Assembly (NCBI GenBank): GCA_963767925.1
Contig: CAVYGB010000002.1
Span: 1,312,001 to 1,376,000, forward strand
Source: an uncultured delta proteobacterium
Lineage (GTDB): Bacteria; Myxococcota_A; Polyangia; Fen-1088
Length of the DNA stretch: 64,000 bases
Reading direction: 5' to 3'
Part shown: positions 7,641 through 17,619 of the stretch, piece after piece
Layout of the letters: each line of letters begins with the position of its first letter
How positions within the stretch are numbered: position 1 is the stretch's first letter
Position numbers and translations under genes: made by a program
Notes under the pieces: model-generated
Seen by the model: the letters and a program-made list of their open reading frames with translations, nothing else
Told to the model about the DNA's origin: nothing
The model's database searches: none

Positions 7641-9661
7641 AACCCCTTCTGCCCTCTCGGATAGCGGCGATCGGACCCCGAGTCTTCGTCACTCTGGCGT
7701 TGGCGGCATTTTCGGCTGGCTGCCCGGGACCGGGAGAACGTTGCACCTTGGGCACCGACGGTTGCGCCTGCACATCATCGCTGACCTGCGATCTGGGCTT
7801 GGTCTGTGCGTCCCAGGTCTGCCGGGGCCCTTCCCCGGGGGCCGCCGCAGGAAGTAGCGCCGACTCCGTATCACTCGAGCCGTTCAGGGCACCGGATATC
7901 ACATTCGCGAAGCCGAAGGGCCTGCTTCGGAAGGGTAACGATGCTCGCGTCTACGTCTTCGAGGCACCGAATCTGGACGAGGCCCCCATCACGGGGTTTC
8001 AGGTCGGTTACCTGGGACACATCCGCTCCTCGCAGGTTCCATCTGCCCTTCAGGTGCTAGAGAAGGTCATCACGAGCGAAAAGCTCACGTCCGTCGGGAC
8101 ACCGGCGTCTTCGCCTGAATACGCCACCTCGCTGGTGGATACCGGAAAGCCCGGTCCTTTTCGGTATGCTCGGATATCAGCGCTACGTCACTGGAAACTC
8201 GTTAGCGAAGGCGTCGCCGCTGTCCACCAGCCCCCTCCGCTCTCCCTAGACCTTCTGCTCCTTCAGATCAGCTTTCCAGACTCGGAGATCGACGAGAAGC
8301 TCAAGCTTCCGTACCTCCTCAAATCCATCGCGTGGGGCGTGGCCTTGCCGCCCGACACCCTTTCTCTGGACGAGCTATCGGGTACCTGGGAGAGCTCCAG
8401 TGGTGGTTTCCCCAGCGACGCCTTCACTTCGGAAGGTATCTACACCGGGTCCTTCCAGTCAGGGAGCCTCTTCCGAATTGCTCTCGATCAAACATGGACC
8501 TACGACCTCCTCACCTCCTTCTCTGTAAGCTGTGCCGGCGTCCCTGGCTGTGTCCTCGAGGGAATCGCCACGACAAGCAGTCGAGGGCGCTATCTGGCGG
8601 AGGGCGGCACGATCACCTTCGAGCCTTCCCGCTGCCAGTATCGTTTCTACGACAGGAACGTCCAGCTGAAGACGATGGCGGGATGTTCGCCGGACATGCT
8701 GCCAGCTACCTTGCGCATGGGCCGCGGTCCGCGAGGCGGGTTGTCCGTCGGCGGCCTTGGTACCGTCCCGGTGAACGCCGACCAGCAGAAACTCCTCCAC
8801 GCTGCCAGGAAGGGCGGGCCAGGCGGCACCTGGGACGCTCCAGTTGAAGGCCCTCCTCGTCCCGTCGATGAGACCTTCAATATCTGCGGCCTCTCCGAGA
8901 GTGAGCCGAACGATGAGCCGACCCAAGCCACCCCGGTGGTCGCGCAGCAGCGAGGATGTCTCCCGACCAGCCAGGACGTCGACCTCTTCCGCGCAACCGC
9001 CCCGGCCTCTGATCTCGGGGGCGGCTACTACGAAGGCTCGCTCTCCAGCGTCAACGCGCTCAGCCTGGAGGTTTATCCAGGAGCAGACCTTTCCGCTTCG
9101 AATCGTCTCTTGGCTGCCAGTACAGGGCGTGGTGATCGGACGTACTTCTACTGGCCAGGTGCCCCCGGTCAGACCTACACGTTGCGATTGAACACCGCTT
9201 CGCGCTCCTGGTGTGCCTACGACCTCGACATCGCCTACCACAAGGTAGACGACGCTTTCGAGGTCAACGACACTATCGACCAAGCCACCCCGATTGCCGT
9301 CGGTTCCCCCGTCGACGCCTTCTTCTTTGCCGGCAAGCGCCCGGGCACGCCGCCGATAAACTACGAGGACTGGTACTCTTTTCAGCTCCATCCTGGGCTG
9401 GCGACCATCCGCATCGATGTCCCGGCCGATATCGCTGCCGGAGTGAAGGTCATCGGTCCCTCCGGTTCGGGGCCGGAGCGCTATGTCTTCAACTCGTCTC
9501 CTGGCGAAGACTACCTCCTCGCCGGCTTCACGGTCATGACTTCGGGCACCTACCGGGTGAGGCTCACCTATGTCCCGGCCCCCGGGGGAGTGGCCATCGT
9601 AAGAGGGATGGTTCCCCCGAGCTTTACGACACCGTACCGCCTCCTGGTGACCCAGCCTTGA
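7637..9661 (+). CDS. Lipoprotein: Cys module + uncharacterised domain + two PPC-like beta domains
   Basis: TTG overlaps the upstream stop (TTGA); lipobox FSAGC; CTLGTDGCACTSSLTCDLGLVCASQVC; ESEPND...QAT and DAFEVND...QATPI repeats. Confidence 0.72.
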   Translation: MKPLLPSRIAAIGPRVFVTLALAAFSAGCPGPGERCTLGTDGCACTSSLTCDLGLVCASQVCRGPSPGAAAGSSADSVSLEPFRAPDITFAKPKGLLRKGNDARVYVFEAPNLDEAPITGFQVGYLGHIRSSQVPSALQVLEKVITSEKLTSVGTPASSPEYATSLVDTGKPGPFRYARISALRHWKLVSEGVAAVHQPPPLSLDLLLLQISFPDSEIDEKLKLPYLLKSIAWGVALPPDTLSLDELSGTWESSSGGFPSDAFTSEGIYTGSFQSGSLFRIALDQTWTYDLLTSFSVSCAGVPGCVLEGIATTSSRGRYLAEGGTITFEPSRCQYRFYDRNVQLKTMAGCSPDMLPATLRMGRGPRGGLSVGGLGTVPVNADQQKLLHAARKGGPGGTWDAPVEGPPRPVDETFNICGLSESEPNDEPTQATPVVAQQRGCLPTSQDVDLFRATAPASDLGGGYYEGSLSSVNALSLEVYPGADLSASNRLLAASTGRGDRTYFYWPGAPGQTYTLRLNTASRSWCAYDLDIAYHKVDDAFEVNDTIDQATPIAVGSPVDAFFFAGKRPGTPPINYEDWYSFQLHPGLATIRIDVPADIAAGVKVIGPSGSGPERYVFNSSPGEDYLLAGFTVMTSGTYRVRLTYVPAPGGVAIVRGMVPPSFTTPYRLLVTQP

Positions 9662-9829
9662 CGTTCAGGTGCACGGCACTGGCTTTTGAGAGCGCCCCTC
9701 TGGTCAAACAGTGCAAGAGCGTGTTCGACTCTAACGGGCCTCCTTCAGTCTTCCCTCTCCCTCACGGTCTCGATGTCGAAACAGCCCGGGTGAATACCGG
9801 GTGTGCCGCGTGAGGCGCGTCCGCTTCAT

Positions 9830-11122
9830 TCACCACCGGGGTTGCACGTTGTTTCCAGAAGTCGTCAGCTGATCCAGTGTCCCGGTCGCGGGATCGATGG
9901 CGAACAGGTCGGCCCTCGGAGGTTCCCCGATGGCCATCCCGACCACGGCGCGTCCGTCCCCGACGACGGTCACCCACAGGACATCGCTGACGTCGTTCGT
10001 TGGCCGCAGGATCACGTTCATCTGGCCGCTGACACGATCCCAGACCGCAAGCCCGGCCCGGCGTCCCGACTGACCGCCCGCCTTGTATTCAAACTCCGCG
10101 ACCACCAGCGCACCCGAGCCATCTTTGAGCCATGCCGGCGTTTCGCTGCCGATCAAGAGAGGCGAGGCCGTCGTGCGGTCCGCCGCCACCAGCCGCTGTT
10201 GCTCGACGGGCGTCGTGCTCCATTCGTACAGGCCTGCCTCCGTCGAACCCGCGCAGATCTTCTCCACTACCAGCATGGACTGTCCGCTCGGACTGGGGGC
10301 CGGATGGCCGCTCACCTGGCAGGAGGGGTGCAGCTTGAACTGGAGGCTTCCCTCCGACAGAGACGCGAACCTTCTGCCCTCCGGCGGCAATAGGTCCAGT
10401 CGGTCGCTCCGCGATCCACTCGGTCAGCACCTGAAAAAAGAGCGTCTTCCCGTCTGCCGACCACGCGGGGGCGTTGACCGCCGTATGGAAGCCGCGCAGC
10501 CTGCAGCGCCCGGACATGCAGATCTCGTCTCCGGGGCAGGTCGAGCTGTTCGCACACATCTCTCCTGATCCGTTCCCCGTCGTGAACGGCGGGGTGAACC
10601 GGACGAACTGTTTTCCGTCCACGCTCACCGCCCAGATCGCTCCGGTGGGGAATCCTGCCGACAGGTCAGCTTGCGACGGACGAAAGCTGCTGGAGGCGAA
10701 CGCGATCGCCTTCCGATCCGGCGAGACGGCCATGCCTTTGATCCTCGAGCCACGGCCAACGTTGTCATCGAGCTGGCTGATCAGTCGCTCCTGCCGCGTG
10801 CTCAGGTTGTAGGAATAGAGATGAGACACCAAGGGCGCCTCTGTCCCCCCCTTTTGATCAGCTTCTCGAACACCACCTCGTCCGCCGGTAGGGGTTCGAC
10901 TGCGTTCCCACCCCCCTGCGTAGGCCCTCCCGGAGGCTCACCAGCACTGCTGCTCCCGGAGGGTCCCAAGCACCGACCTTCCACGCACATCCGGCCAAGA
11001 TCACAGAGACCCGCGCTCGTACACGTACAGCTCTCGGTGCCGACGGCGCACTCCTCACCGGAGTCGGGACAGCCACTGGCCAACCCTCCAAGTAACGCGA
11101 GAATCAACAGCTTCGTCCGCAT
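9830..11122 (-). CDS. Lipoprotein: Cys module + TolB/PD40-like beta-propeller, split by two frameshifts
   Basis: Lipobox LASGC; CAVGTESCTCTSAGLCDLGRMCVEGRC; AVSPDRKAIAF, PAWSADGKTLFF and QPRW spread over three overlapping frames. Confidence 0.68.
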
Positions 11123-11210
11123 GAAGAGCTCCTCGTCCGTCTACGCGTTGAATGCGGCCCGGCCGCAGGCTGCCAGGCTACCATCAGTTGGCCCCACCAG
11201 ACGCCAAGCA

Positions 11211-11240
11211 TTGACACGCTCTGTTCTGCCCGGATAGACA
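11211..11240 (+). promoter_or_regulatory. Putative sigma70 promoter TTGACA-N18-TAGACA
   Basis: Perfect -35 hexamer upstream of the FAD oxidase gene. Confidence 0.4.
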
Positions 11241-11271
11241 GTCTCTGCCTCATGCCGATCTGGATGCGCGG

Positions 11272-12639
11272 GTGATACGGGGGCTCTTCCGGGGCACCGT
11301 CCTCGAACCGGGGGACGCCGACTACACCTTGGCCTGCGCGGGGTTCAACGGTGAGACCACGCGGCGGCCCAGGTTGATCGTCCGCTGTGTCGACGATGGC
11401 GATGTCCAGGCGGCCGTCCGGCTCGCGGTGAACGAAGGCTTGCCGCTATCGGTGAGGGGAGGGGGCCACTCGATCGGTGGGTACGGGTCGGTGGACGGAG
11501 GCATCGTGGTCGACCTCCGCTCGAGGAGGCGGGTTTCGCTCGATCGAGAGGACGATGCAATTTCTGTGGAAGGCGGCTGTACCTGGGGCGAGGTGATCTA
11601 CCACTTGACTCGCGAGCACCGAGCCACGCCCGGTGGCTTCAGCGCTCGGGTGGGAGTTGGCGGCCTCACGCTCGGTGGCGGGTACGGGCTGCTGTCCCGA
11701 CTCCACGGGCTCGCCGCCGACAACCTCGTCCATGCCGACGTCGTCACGTCCGACGGCAACATGGTTCGAGCGGGAGCCGGAGACGCCGACCTGCTCTGGG
11801 CCATGAGGGGGGCGGGAGCCAACTTCGGGGCTGTCACTTCGCTGCGCTTGCGGGTGCACGCGGTGCCGCCCTTGCTGGTCGCTCAGGCCGTTTACCCACT
11901 GGACCAGGCGGGCGACCTCCTCCGGCGCTACGCCGAGCTCATTCCGGCCCTTCCGGATGCCACCACAGTCTACCTGGGCCTGGCCGGTCAGCCTGCGGGG
12001 GCGGGCGTCTTGACCTTCCTTGGCTTCCACCTCGGCGATCGGGCCGAGGCGGAGCGTCTGCTGGGTCCACTGGCGCGCCTCGGGCGGCCGCTCGTCGCTC
12101 AGATGCAGGCGGCGGCCTACTGGCGCATTCACGTTCCGGGGCCCGATAATTTCCTTCAGGAGGGCCATCACCACGCCTGGAAGGCGCATTTCCTGGCGTC
12201 GCTGGACGACGACGCCCTGGGGACTATCGCCGAGCACGCCCTTCAGGCCAGGAACCAGGATCTGCTGATCATGATCGAGCACCTGGGCGGCGCCATCGGC
12301 CGGGTCCGACCGGACGCGGCCGCATTTCCGCATCGCCACGCGTCCTTCGGAGTCGTCACCGCGGTGAAGTGGCGACCACCAGGCGCCGCCGATGACGCCC
12401 GCGCTATTCAGGGCAGCCTCCATCGGGCGCTGGCGCCCCGATCCATCGGGACCTATGTCAACTACGTCGGTAGTCCCCACGGTCCACTCGAGGTCGAGGC
12501 TGCCTACGGCGCGAACTTGCCGCGCCTCCGCCAGCTCAAGCGTCGCTTCGACCCCAGCAACCTCTTCCGCAGCAACGTGAACATCCTCCCCGCGGAGGCC
12601 TGCACGCCACTGCCCGGCGCTGGCCCGGAGCCCCGCTGA
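11272..12639 (+). CDS. FAD-binding oxidoreductase (VAO/berberine-bridge family)
   Basis: VRGGGHS FAD motif, VGVGGLTLGGGYG, WAMRGAGANFG and C-terminal YVNY...LKRRFDPSNLFR. Confidence 0.92.
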   Translation: MIRGLFRGTVLEPGDADYTLACAGFNGETTRRPRLIVRCVDDGDVQAAVRLAVNEGLPLSVRGGGHSIGGYGSVDGGIVVDLRSRRRVSLDREDDAISVEGGCTWGEVIYHLTREHRATPGGFSARVGVGGLTLGGGYGLLSRLHGLAADNLVHADVVTSDGNMVRAGAGDADLLWAMRGAGANFGAVTSLRLRVHAVPPLLVAQAVYPLDQAGDLLRRYAELIPALPDATTVYLGLAGQPAGAGVLTFLGFHLGDRAEAERLLGPLARLGRPLVAQMQAAAYWRIHVPGPDNFLQEGHHHAWKAHFLASLDDDALGTIAEHALQARNQDLLIMIEHLGGAIGRVRPDAAAFPHRHASFGVVTAVKWRPPGAADDARAIQGSLHRALAPRSIGTYVNYVGSPHGPLEVEAAYGANLPRLRQLKRRFDPSNLFRSNVNILPAEACTPLPGAGPEPR

Positions 12640-14264
12640 TGGACGTCCTCCTGGTGACCGATCTCGAGGGAGTGGCCGGAGTCGACGATGTCGGGGACCT
12701 CCTCGAGGGGACCCCAGGTTTCCCGGCCGCTCGAAAGCTCCTCGAGCGCGAGGTGGAGGCCGCCTGTCTGGGACTCCGGGAAGGTGCTGCCCGCGCAGAC
12801 AAGGTCCTCGTCTCCGACAGCCACCGCGGCGGCCCCTCTCCCACGCTCGACCCCCGAAATTTGCCGCCCGGAGCGCTCTTCTTCCGCGGCGCCGACGCCT
12901 ACGATCCATCGCTGCTCGACCGGGTGGACGCTGTCGCCTGTCTCGGCATGCACGCAGGTGACCGAGGCTTCACCCCTCACACAATCGATCTCTCCTGCCT
13001 GTGGGAGACGGAAGGACGTCCGGTCAGCGAGACTGACCTCTTGCTCGGCCTCGCCGCAGAACGGGGCTTACCGGTTGTCTTCGTCGCCGGCGACGATGCC
13101 CTGGCCCCCGGGGTTCCCTTCGTCCCCACCAAGACGGCGCTGTCGGCGATTCGCGCACGCTCGCGTGATCCAGCGGCTGTGGCGACGGAGATCCGCCGCG
13201 CCGCTGCGGGCAAGCCCGTGCCGGCGCCGGGTCTGACCGGCACTCTGGCAGTGAGGTTCCGCAGTCGATGGATGGCCGAGGTCGCCGAGCGCGCCGGAGG
13301 GCTACGCCTCGACGAGACGGCGGTTCGCCTTCCGGAGGGCTCTCTCTCGCAACGAATCGCCCACGGTCGCCGTCTCGTACACGCCGTGTCGGACCCGATG
13401 TTCGCGGCCTTCCGTCCCTGGGCGTTGCCCGAGGAAGCCTCCACCCTGGCAGCGCGCTCCTTCGAGAGGAGAGACCCAACGCCTCGGCAGTCCGAGGCCC
13501 GGCGCGCCCTGACTGCCTTCCTGTCGGGCTCCGAGGGTCCCGACGATTGGTGTCGAGCGAACCGCGCCCTCACCCTCCACATGCTCGAAGGTCATGCCCC
13601 CGCGTTCTTCGCTGCCGAGGACCTGGCCCCCGTCCTCGGCGAGGCCGTGGAACGGCTGGCCTTGGTCCCCCGAGACTTTCCGCCGGCGCTCGATCCGGTC
13701 CAGGCCATGGCCCGGCTCGACGCCATCTACGTACTTCATGAGCGCGGCCACCCTGCCCCGGTGGACGGGGACCAGCTGGCCCGCTTCGCGTCGACCACGC
13801 GTTCCTCGAACGTGCCTTTCGCGTGGTTGCTCGGCGAGATCGCTCATCAGATCGGCCTCCCGGGCCGGCTCGCCCTCCCTCCCCGCCCCTACCGACGGGG
13901 CATGCGGATCATCGACCTCTTCTGGGTGACGCACCAGATCCTCCTGGAGACCCGCTATCTTCGCAAGCCGCTCCCTGCCCGTGGCTGGGAGACCGCCACG
14001 GAAGAGCTCCTCCTGGCCACCCCCTTCGTCGTCGAAAACGGCCACCTGGACCTCGCCGCCCAGCTCTGCTTTTGCCTCACAACCGCTGGGGAGGGACGGG
14101 CCCCGGAACGTGAGCGCCTGCTCGCGAGCCTGGCGTCTCATCAAAACTCTCGTGGGGAAGTCATCGAGGACTCCACCGCCAGGCTCCGGTCTGCCGACGT
14201 TCGACGCCGCCTCGAGACCCATTGCACGGCTGCGGCCCTCCTCGCCTTTGCGACTGCCTGCTGA
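12639..14264 (+). CDS. M55 (DppA-like) D-aminopeptidase domain fused to a C-terminal helical domain
   Basis: DLEGVAGV, VSDSH, GMHA, HT and GDD motifs in the N-terminal half; TGATG overlap with the upstream gene. Confidence 0.75.
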   Translation: MDVLLVTDLEGVAGVDDVGDLLEGTPGFPAARKLLEREVEAACLGLREGAARADKVLVSDSHRGGPSPTLDPRNLPPGALFFRGADAYDPSLLDRVDAVACLGMHAGDRGFTPHTIDLSCLWETEGRPVSETDLLLGLAAERGLPVVFVAGDDALAPGVPFVPTKTALSAIRARSRDPAAVATEIRRAAAGKPVPAPGLTGTLAVRFRSRWMAEVAERAGGLRLDETAVRLPEGSLSQRIAHGRRLVHAVSDPMFAAFRPWALPEEASTLAARSFERRDPTPRQSEARRALTAFLSGSEGPDDWCRANRALTLHMLEGHAPAFFAAEDLAPVLGEAVERLALVPRDFPPALDPVQAMARLDAIYVLHERGHPAPVDGDQLARFASTTRSSNVPFAWLLGEIAHQIGLPGRLALPPRPYRRGMRIIDLFWVTHQILLETRYLRKPLPARGWETATEELLLATPFVVENGHLDLAAQLCFCLTTAGEGRAPERERLLASLASHQNSRGEVIEDSTARLRSADVRRRLETHCTAAALLAFATAC

Positions 14265-14322
14265 GGCGCTCGCGCCCGAACCCTGCGTGACGGCCGCGCA
14301 GGGTTCGGCGTCTGGTGGCCCT

Positions 14323-14937
14323 CTACTGAGATCGGGGCGGCCGGGATTCGATCTTGCCGAGGGGGAGGACGGGTTTGTCGGGGGGAGGGGGGAGCTCGGC
14401 GGGTTTGCGGGTGGGATCGGTGTCGTCGATCCAGCGCAGGGTGATGAGGCGGAGCTTCATGTTGCGGGGGAACGTCGAGCGAACCAGCTGCTTGAGCTGG
14501 TCGGGAGTGGCGCCCTCCCGGCGGCGTTTGAGAAGGGTTCGCACCTCGGGTGGGGGATCGATCTCGGCACGGCCGAGATCGGCCGTCAGGGACAGCTCTT
14601 CGGGAGTGTATTCCTTCAGGGCGCGCGTGACAGCGGATGGGTCTCCGGGCGGGGCGCCCCGCTGGGCCTGGTCGGGACGCAGCGGGGGCATGCGGGTGGC
14701 CGGACGGGCAGGCGCTGCGGCCTGGCGAGCGGCAGGTACCGTCGGCTCATCGGTGGGCGAGGGGGGAGGGGCGGCCTCGGAGGGCGCCTGTGCGGTGGGC
14801 GGCACCGGATCCGCGGTCACGGCCGGGGCGGGCGCGGGCGCGGGCACGGAGACAACCGCCGGCCGAGGGCGCAGCCAGAAGACCGCTGCCGCTGCGGCCA
14901 GGGCCAGCAGCACCGGCACGATGATCCGCGCCTTCAT
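14323..14937 (-). CDS. Membrane-anchored Pro-rich hypothetical protein
   Basis: N-terminal TM helix, Pro/Ala linker and small C-terminal domain; ATGA overlap with the clostripain gene. Confidence 0.65.
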   Translation of the reverse strand: MKARIIVPVLLALAAAAAVFWLRPRPAVVSVPAPAPAPAVTADPVPPTAQAPSEAAPPPSPTDEPTVPAARQAAAPARPATRMPPLRPDQAQRGAPPGDPSAVTRALKEYTPEELSLTADLGRAEIDPPPEVRTLLKRRREGATPDQLKQLVRSTFPRNMKLRLITLRWIDDTDPTRKPAELPPPPDKPVLPLGKIESRPPRSQ

Positions 14938-17270
14938 ACGCCCTGACCCGGCGGCGGGGTGGTGGTTCCCGTCGGTGGCGGGGTGGGCGGGGTGGTTCCC
15001 GGGGGAGTGCTCCCCGGCTGCGAGGTCGGCGGCGGCGGCATGCTGACGCTGCCGCTGCCGGGCCGGTCACCGAGCTGCACGAGGTTTGCCTTGAAGCTGT
15101 TGTTCCCCCAGACGTCCGCCACCCTCAGCATGAGGATGTAGGCGCCTGCAGAGGCGGTGTTCAGCCCGAACTGGACCGTACCGTTGGCGGGGATGTAGAC
15201 GCCGGTCGGGGAGAGCTGCTTCTCGATCACCCCCATCTCCAGATCGAACACCTGGAGCGTCGGCACGAAGACGGCCTTGTCGAAGACGCCCGCGAGCTCC
15301 GCCAGGGTGAAGACGCGAAAGCGCCCACCACCCAGGTCCAGGACGACATTGGTCGCTCCGCCAGTCTTGGGGTCGACAAGCAGGCTGGCGGGGAGGGCGC
15401 TTTCTCCATCCTGCACCACGCCCTCGGCGGCCAGGTAGGGCGTCTGGTAGGTCTGCCCCTGCGCGGTGAACGCCCAGGGCGTGAGCGACACAGGCAGGTT
15501 CTCCGGGTTGGCGACCAGGACGGAGTGCTTTCCATCCCAGGTCAGCGCGTGCTCTCCGGCACCGATAAAGCCGTGGGCGATGGACCCGAAAAGAGTCGCG
15601 TAGCGGGCGCTCCTGGCCTGAAACAGCAGCCCTTCCACGTAGGCCGTGTCGTCTCCCGTGATCTGGAAGGCCACTTGCGCCGCGTCGTCCGGCTTCGGTG
15701 GGGAGGTCACGGTGGCGGTCGCCGTCACCGTCGGTCCGGTCGCCGGCATCGCCGCCCGGAGCATGTTCAGCGAGGCGCCCCATCCAGTGGCTCGCTCCCA
15801 GGGCCCTGCCAGCCGCGGGTAGAGGCCCAGAGTCTCCGGGTCGATCAGCTTGACCGGGCCTCCATACACGTGGAGACCGAGCTGGGCCTTCCGGATATCC
15901 CCGGCCGCAACGGCCAGACGAGCCGCCAGCGCAGCGTCGTAGGCCCGGGAGGCTGCGCCGCTGAGGGCCAGGTTGCTCCCCCCCTTCAGGGTCTCGAGGA
16001 TGTTTCCGATGTCGCGCAGGTCCAGCCCGCCGCTGTCCGCACCGCTGAAATACCCCGGGAAGCTCAGATACAGCCCGCGCGCGGCCAGGGCCGGGCCGCC
16101 CGGGGTCCTCATCTGATCACTGACCGTCTTCATCGCGGTCATGAAGGTCCCGAACTTCTCGGTGTCCCACACGGCGTGCGAGCGAAACATGGTGTCCATG
16201 CCCCCGGCCTTCCGGTGGTGCTCGTCCCACTGCGCGGCCTCGGCGACGGCGAACTCCTTGCCGGTGGCTGAAGCGTTGGCGCTCAACCAGGTCAACGTCT
16301 CCGTGTAGTCGAACCCGTCGCCATAATCGAGCTCGGCGTTGGCGATGAAGACCTTGGTGAGATCCGCGAAAGGAGGGATCACCTCGACCCCCGACATCAA
16401 GCAGGTGTCGAACCCGAAGATGTCGAGCGGACGGACACCGCCGAGACCGGCCCGCTGAAGCCCCGCCCGTACGGCAGAGGCCACGCTGTCGACGGCCATG
16501 CCCGGCGCTCGCTCGCGCGTGTTGTCCTGGTTGTCTCCGCCGAAGCCGCCCCGCCAGGCTCCACCGTGGTCCCACAGGATGACGCCGTAGCGATCCGCGG
16601 GGAACTGCTTGAAGGTGGCTTCGATCGCCGAGGCCAGGATGGTGGGATCATCGAAGTCGAGCTCGTTCTCGGCCCCGAGCTCCTGGGGCTCCTGCCCGTT
16701 TCCAGTGATCCGGTACCAGAACGCTCCCGGCGGAAACATCGGACCACCAGCCATGACCCGCACCTTGGCGTTCCAGTCGACCAGCGCGATGAACTGGACG
16801 TTGTCGCCGATCTTCGCCTGGCTCATCTCCGCTATGTCGCGCAGCAAGGACGGGCTCAGCGAGTGGTCGCCGTGCCCATAAAAGAAGATGGTCCACTTGG
16901 CCCCGCCGGCGCCCGGTCGTTGCCCGCTGCCGGCGAGCCCGGCGAGGTTCGCGAAGCCCGCCTCGCGAGGCAGCGGCGTCTGCCCATCCGCCCCGGTGAC
17001 CGGAGCGGGACTGGTGCCCCCGCCGACAGCGACCGTCTGGGTGGGGGCGCTCATGTTCGGGCCCGGCCCACCGCCCCGGAGGCAGACTCCGGACTGGCAA
17101 CTCAGCCCCGGATCACATTGATTGGTGCTCGTGCAGGCGCAGGTCTCGACGCCGACGACACAGGAGCTTGCATCGCCGCTCCCGGTACAAGCGGGGACGA
17201 GCGAAACGGCAGCGCCGAACAGCCCGAAGAGCGTGAGGAAACCGACTCGAGGACCGACTGGTGTCTTCAT
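14934..17270 (-). CDS. Clostripain (C11)-family cysteine peptidase lipoprotein with N-terminal Cys module
   Basis: Lipobox VPAC; KWTIFFY, ILWDHGGAW (catalytic His) and FGFDTCLM (catalytic Cys); CVVGVETCACTSTNQCDPGLSCQSGVC. Confidence 0.85.
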   Translation of the reverse strand: MKTPVGPRVGFLTLFGLFGAAVSLVPACTGSGDASSCVVGVETCACTSTNQCDPGLSCQSGVCLRGGGPGPNMSAPTQTVAVGGGTSPAPVTGADGQTPLPREAGFANLAGLAGSGQRPGAGGAKWTIFFYGHGDHSLSPSLLRDIAEMSQAKIGDNVQFIALVDWNAKVRVMAGGPMFPPGAFWYRITGNGQEPQELGAENELDFDDPTILASAIEATFKQFPADRYGVILWDHGGAWRGGFGGDNQDNTRERAPGMAVDSVASAVRAGLQRAGLGGVRPLDIFGFDTCLMSGVEVIPPFADLTKVFIANAELDYGDGFDYTETLTWLSANASATGKEFAVAEAAQWDEHHRKAGGMDTMFRSHAVWDTEKFGTFMTAMKTVSDQMRTPGGPALAARGLYLSFPGYFSGADSGGLDLRDIGNILETLKGGSNLALSGAASRAYDAALAARLAVAAGDIRKAQLGLHVYGGPVKLIDPETLGLYPRLAGPWERATGWGASLNMLRAAMPATGPTVTATATVTSPPKPDDAAQVAFQITGDDTAYVEGLLFQARSARYATLFGSIAHGFIGAGEHALTWDGKHSVLVANPENLPVSLTPWAFTAQGQTYQTPYLAAEGVVQDGESALPASLLVDPKTGGATNVVLDLGGGRFRVFTLAELAGVFDKAVFVPTLQVFDLEMGVIEKQLSPTGVYIPANGTVQFGLNTASAGAYILMLRVADVWGNNSFKANLVQLGDRPGSGSVSMPPPPTSQPGSTPPGTTPPTPPPTGTTTPPPGQGV

Positions 17271-17619
17271 CTGGAGGACCTCTCGCTGAAAAATGGAACA
17301 CTGAGCAAAGAAGCGTGCATAAGCTAACCGAAGAGCCGCAACACGTCCATCGCAGTGCTTGCACCAGGCGCGTTGTCGGATATGTAGTCTCCCGGCTTCG
17401 GATGCACGCCGGAAAAGTTGCGCGATTCTCGCGAGAAAAGCGGGTAGGCGGGCCGCCAGCCCGCTCTGGCCCGCTCCTCTGGGCCGGTCGAAGTCTCCCT
17501 TCCAGAAGGAAGGCGGGCTTCACCGCCGCTCCGCTTCTCGCTTTTCTACGCGCGGTAACGTGACTAAGCTGGCCCCTATATACTGCGTTGCGCTAACGCC
17601 ACCCGCATCGAATCCAGTA

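Noticed and set aside
11252..11275. 7-codon uORF (MPIWMRG) overlapping the oxidase start
   Set aside because: One extra G would give a natural MADLDARVIRG N-terminus, so this is likely an indel
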